From the IMG/VR virus record IMGVR_UViG_3300030708_003584, positions 1 to 36,032 of that record: a stretch of DNA of 36,032 bases. The stretch is one strand, 5' to 3'. The position numbers were made by a program, and so were the translations under genes. Numbering within the stretch: position 1 is the stretch's first letter; each line of letters begins with the position of its first letter. The notes below the pieces were generated by a model. That model worked only from the letters and a program-made list of their open reading frames with translations. It made no database searches and was not told where the DNA came from. Positions 33,502 through 36,032 of this stretch are shown piece by piece. The DNA comes from a virus (taxonomy: Duplodnaviria; Caudoviricetes).

Positions 33502-35538
33502 ATGCGGTCGCGTACGGCTGCACAGAGTCAGTCCGGGCGTGACATCGCACCCCTTCCACGCATCCGCAGTGGTACGCGAAAAAAGGCGTGTTCGCTCAAC
33601 TTCCGAAAGTTCTGCGAGACGTATTTCTCCGGCACGTTTCATCTCGACTGGAGCGACGACCACCTGAAGGTGATTGAAAAAATAGAGCACGCTTGTTTGA
33701 AAGGTGGCCTGTTTGCGTTGGCGATGCCGCGGGGATCAGGAAAAACGAGCCTTTGTGAGACGGCGGCATTGTGGGCAATCCTCTACGGCCATCGTAAGAG
33801 TGTCGTGTTAATTGGGGCGTCTGAGGATGCGGGTGCGATGATGCTCGACAGTGTTAAAGCGGAAATCGAGATGAACGAACTGCTAGCCGCTGATTTTCCA
33901 GAGGTGTGTCACCCGATAGAAAAGCTCGATGGCATTGTCAACCGCACAGCGGGTCAGTTGTACAAAGGCAACCGCACGCACATCACCTGGACCGCAAAAA
34001 AAATAGTGCTGCCAACGATACCAAAGTCCCACGCCAGTGGCGCGGTTTGCCTCGCACTGGGTATCACAGGAAGGATACGTGGACTAAAGCACAAGCTTCC
34101 AACCGGCGAAGCTGTCCGACCGGATTTCGTTATCGTAGATGATCCACAAACGGATGAGTCTGCACGGAGTCCAAGTCAGTCGGCCACGCGGGAAAATATA
34201 CTGGCGACGGCCATCCTCGGACTCGCTGGTCCAGGTAAAAAGATGTCTGGTTTTATGCCGTGCACGATCATCAGGCCAAATGACATGGCAGCGAGCATTT
34301 TGGATCGGGACAAGCACCCTGAGTGGCAGGGTGAGACAACGCAGATGGTCTACAAGTGGCCTGTCAACGACGCATTGTGGAATGAGTATGCAGAAATCAG
34401 GCAGGAGGATCTCAAAGCCGACGGTGATGGCTCGCGGGCAACGAAGTTTTATTCTAAGAATCGAAAGAAGATGGACGAAGGTTCAGTTGTTGCTTGGGAG
34501 TCACGATATAACGATGACGAGCTCTCAGCACTCCAGCATGCCTTCAACCTACGGATTAGGGATGAGAACGCTTTTTTCTCAGAGTACCAAAATCTGCCAA
34601 TGGTCGATGAAGAGACTGCTGATCTTTTGACGGTAGACGAGATTTGCCAAAAAGTTAATGGGTACAAGAAGCTCGAAATCGCTAACGATGTTGAACGCAT
34701 AACTACGTTTATTGATATACAACAGAAGTGCCTGTTTTATGTCACAACCGCATGGACGATGGGATTCACGGGGTACGTTATCGACTATGGTGCGTACCCG
34801 GATCAACAGCGACGATATTACAGTTTGCGGGATATTTCAAAAACGCTACAGCGAGCGAAGCCCGGAGCGGGGCTTGAAGGCGCTATATTCGCGGGGTTGC
34901 AAAACCTAACAAATCATATTCATGAGTCAGTCTATCTACGCGATGACGGGGCGGAGATGACTAACGACCTGACGCTGATCGATGCAAACTGGGGTACGTC
35001 GACCGACATCGTCCACCAGTTTTGCAGAAATACTAACCATCGCGGTCGCATCATGCCTGCACACGGTAGGTATGTCGGTGCGAGTAGCAGAAGTTTCAGC
35101 GACTACGCCAAACGCAAAGGCGAGCGAGTTGGATACAACTGGCGTATGCCGACGGTGAAGGGGAAGCGGGTTGTTCGTCACGTTCTGTTTGATTCAAACT
35201 TCTGGAAGTCATTCGTACACGCAAGACTTTCACAATCCCTTGGAGATCCCGGCTGTTTGAGTCTTTTTAAAGCGAAGCCATCAACGCATCAGATGCTCGC
35301 AGATCATTGCCACGCTGAGTATCGAATCAAAACGACTGGACGAGGCCGTGAGGTAGATGAGTGGAAGCTGCTACCCAACAAGCCAGATAACCACTTTCTT
35401 GACTGCCTGTCAGGATCAGCCGTCGCAGCGAGCGTCACCGGCTGTAACTTAAGCGGGATAAATAATCGAAGCGCCGAAGATCTGGCGATGCAAGGCGAAA
35501 CAAAACGCACACGACGGCAACGGGTTACGTACCTTTAA
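33502..35538 (+). CDS. terL: Terminase large subunit, GpA-type
   Basis: Walker A AMPRGSGKT, Walker B VIVDDPQ, nuclease IDIQ...IDANWG...DNHFLDC; true start may be ATT at 33469. Confidence 0.92.
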   Translation: MRSRTAAQSQSGRDIAPLPRIRSGTRKKACSLNFRKFCETYFSGTFHLDWSDDHLKVIEKIEHACLKGGLFALAMPRGSGKTSLCETAALWAILYGHRKSVVLIGASEDAGAMMLDSVKAEIEMNELLAADFPEVCHPIEKLDGIVNRTAGQLYKGNRTHITWTAKKIVLPTIPKSHASGAVCLALGITGRIRGLKHKLPTGEAVRPDFVIVDDPQTDESARSPSQSATRENILATAILGLAGPGKKMSGFMPCTIIRPNDMAASILDRDKHPEWQGETTQMVYKWPVNDALWNEYAEIRQEDLKADGDGSRATKFYSKNRKKMDEGSVVAWESRYNDDELSALQHAFNLRIRDENAFFSEYQNLPMVDEETADLLTVDEICQKVNGYKKLEIANDVERITTFIDIQQKCLFYVTTAWTMGFTGYVIDYGAYPDQQRRYYSLRDISKTLQRAKPGAGLEGAIFAGLQNLTNHIHESVYLRDDGAEMTNDLTLIDANWGTSTDIVHQFCRNTNHRGRIMPAHGRYVGASSRSFSDYAKRKGERVGYNWRMPTVKGKRVVRHVLFDSNFWKSFVHARLSQSLGDPGCLSLFKAKPSTHQMLADHCHAEYRIKTTGRGREVDEWKLLPNKPDNHFLDCLSGSAVAASVTGCNLSGINNRSAEDLAMQGETKRTRRQRVTYL

Positions 35539-35554
35539 AAAAAAGGATTTTGCA

Positions 35555-35812
35555 ATGGCTAAAAAGAAGGCTGTGAAACGTGGACGACCGAAAGGGAGTC
35601 GAAACAGAGACGTAGATGTGGTGGAAGTGATTGAAAGTAGATGCACCAAGTGTGGTTCGGGCGAGCGGGAGAATTACATCAATAAGCGGACGCTGACCTT
35701 GAGCGGACGGACGATGGACGGTAGGTTATACACGTCGGTCACATGGCGACGCACGCGATGCCTCAAGTGCGGACAATGGCGCGACGATAAAACATATGAT
35801 GACCGTGGATAA
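35555..35812 (+). CDS. AT-hook plus Zn-finger protein (Ogr/Delta-like late regulator candidate)
   Basis: KRGRPKGSRN; CTKCGS...RRTRCLKCGQ. Confidence 0.65.
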   Translation: MAKKKAVKRGRPKGSRNRDVDVVEVIESRCTKCGSGERENYINKRTLTLSGRTMDGRLYTSVTWRRTRCLKCGQWRDDKTYDDRG

Positions 35813-35816
35813 TACA

Positions 35817-35890
35817 AATCGAGCGTAGTTGACATATGTCTCGATTCTGCGGCGGGGAGTTCGATGCACCTTTCTCCCCGCCGCTCTTTT
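35817..35890 (+). ncRNA. Putative two-hairpin antisense sRNA, doubling as the terL operon terminator
   Basis: Hairpin 1 AATCGAG..CTCGATT presenting GTAGTTGACAT; hairpin 2 GCGGCGGGGAG-ttcgatgcaccttt-CTCCCCGCCGC followed by TCTTTT. Confidence 0.6.
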
Positions 35891-36032
35891 AACTGGCTGG
35901 TTTGCTGGCCACTCTAAGTGACTCTCTGATCGTAAACCCCTGTAAACTAAGGCTTTAACGTGTGTACCGTTCCGGCCACTGCACGCCCAAGACCCACTGG
36001 TGCATAAATAAAGTCTACAGTACAGTCTACTA

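Noticed and set aside
35849-35890. Plain intrinsic terminator only
   Set aside because: Kept as a partial explanation, but it does not account for the 14-nt loop matching the shared RBS box or the adjacent hairpin matching the +1 box; an anti-SD-like loop alone would have been weak evidence

Overview
The window looks like a complete or near-complete ~36 kb temperate siphovirus genome in excised form, with attP intact next to the integrase. The host is probably a Planctomycete; this is inferred from the TerL N-terminus, the integrase style and a CsrA paralog. Layout: (i) 0.3-5.4 kb, minus-strand early/accessory region built from three repeated promoter cassettes (GP88-like gene, small acidic ORFs, XRE HTH); (ii) 5.4-20.8 kb, minus-strand membrane/tail/head operon (tape measure, tail chaperone with -1 frameshift, capsid, protease-scaffold, lambda-type portal); (iii) 21.3-23.5 kb, tyrosine integrase and an attP carrying the 5' half of tRNA-fMet; (iv) 23.7-29.3 kb, plus-strand xis/RecT/replication/RuvC/split C5-MTase/sulfotransferase-like/CsrA-like genes; (v) 29.4-35.9 kb, plus-strand fibre-like genes, GpA-type TerL and a Zn-finger gene. 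The best candidate for an undescribed system is a two-hairpin small RNA at ~35817-35890. Its two loops are antisense to the two boxes (GUCAACUAC and AGGUGCA) conserved in the 5' leaders of the early cassettes; the AGGUGCA box also precedes the integrase. A related element lies beside the CsrA-like gene, and no classical CI repressor is recognisable. All functional calls come from motif recognition by eye; no searches were run.
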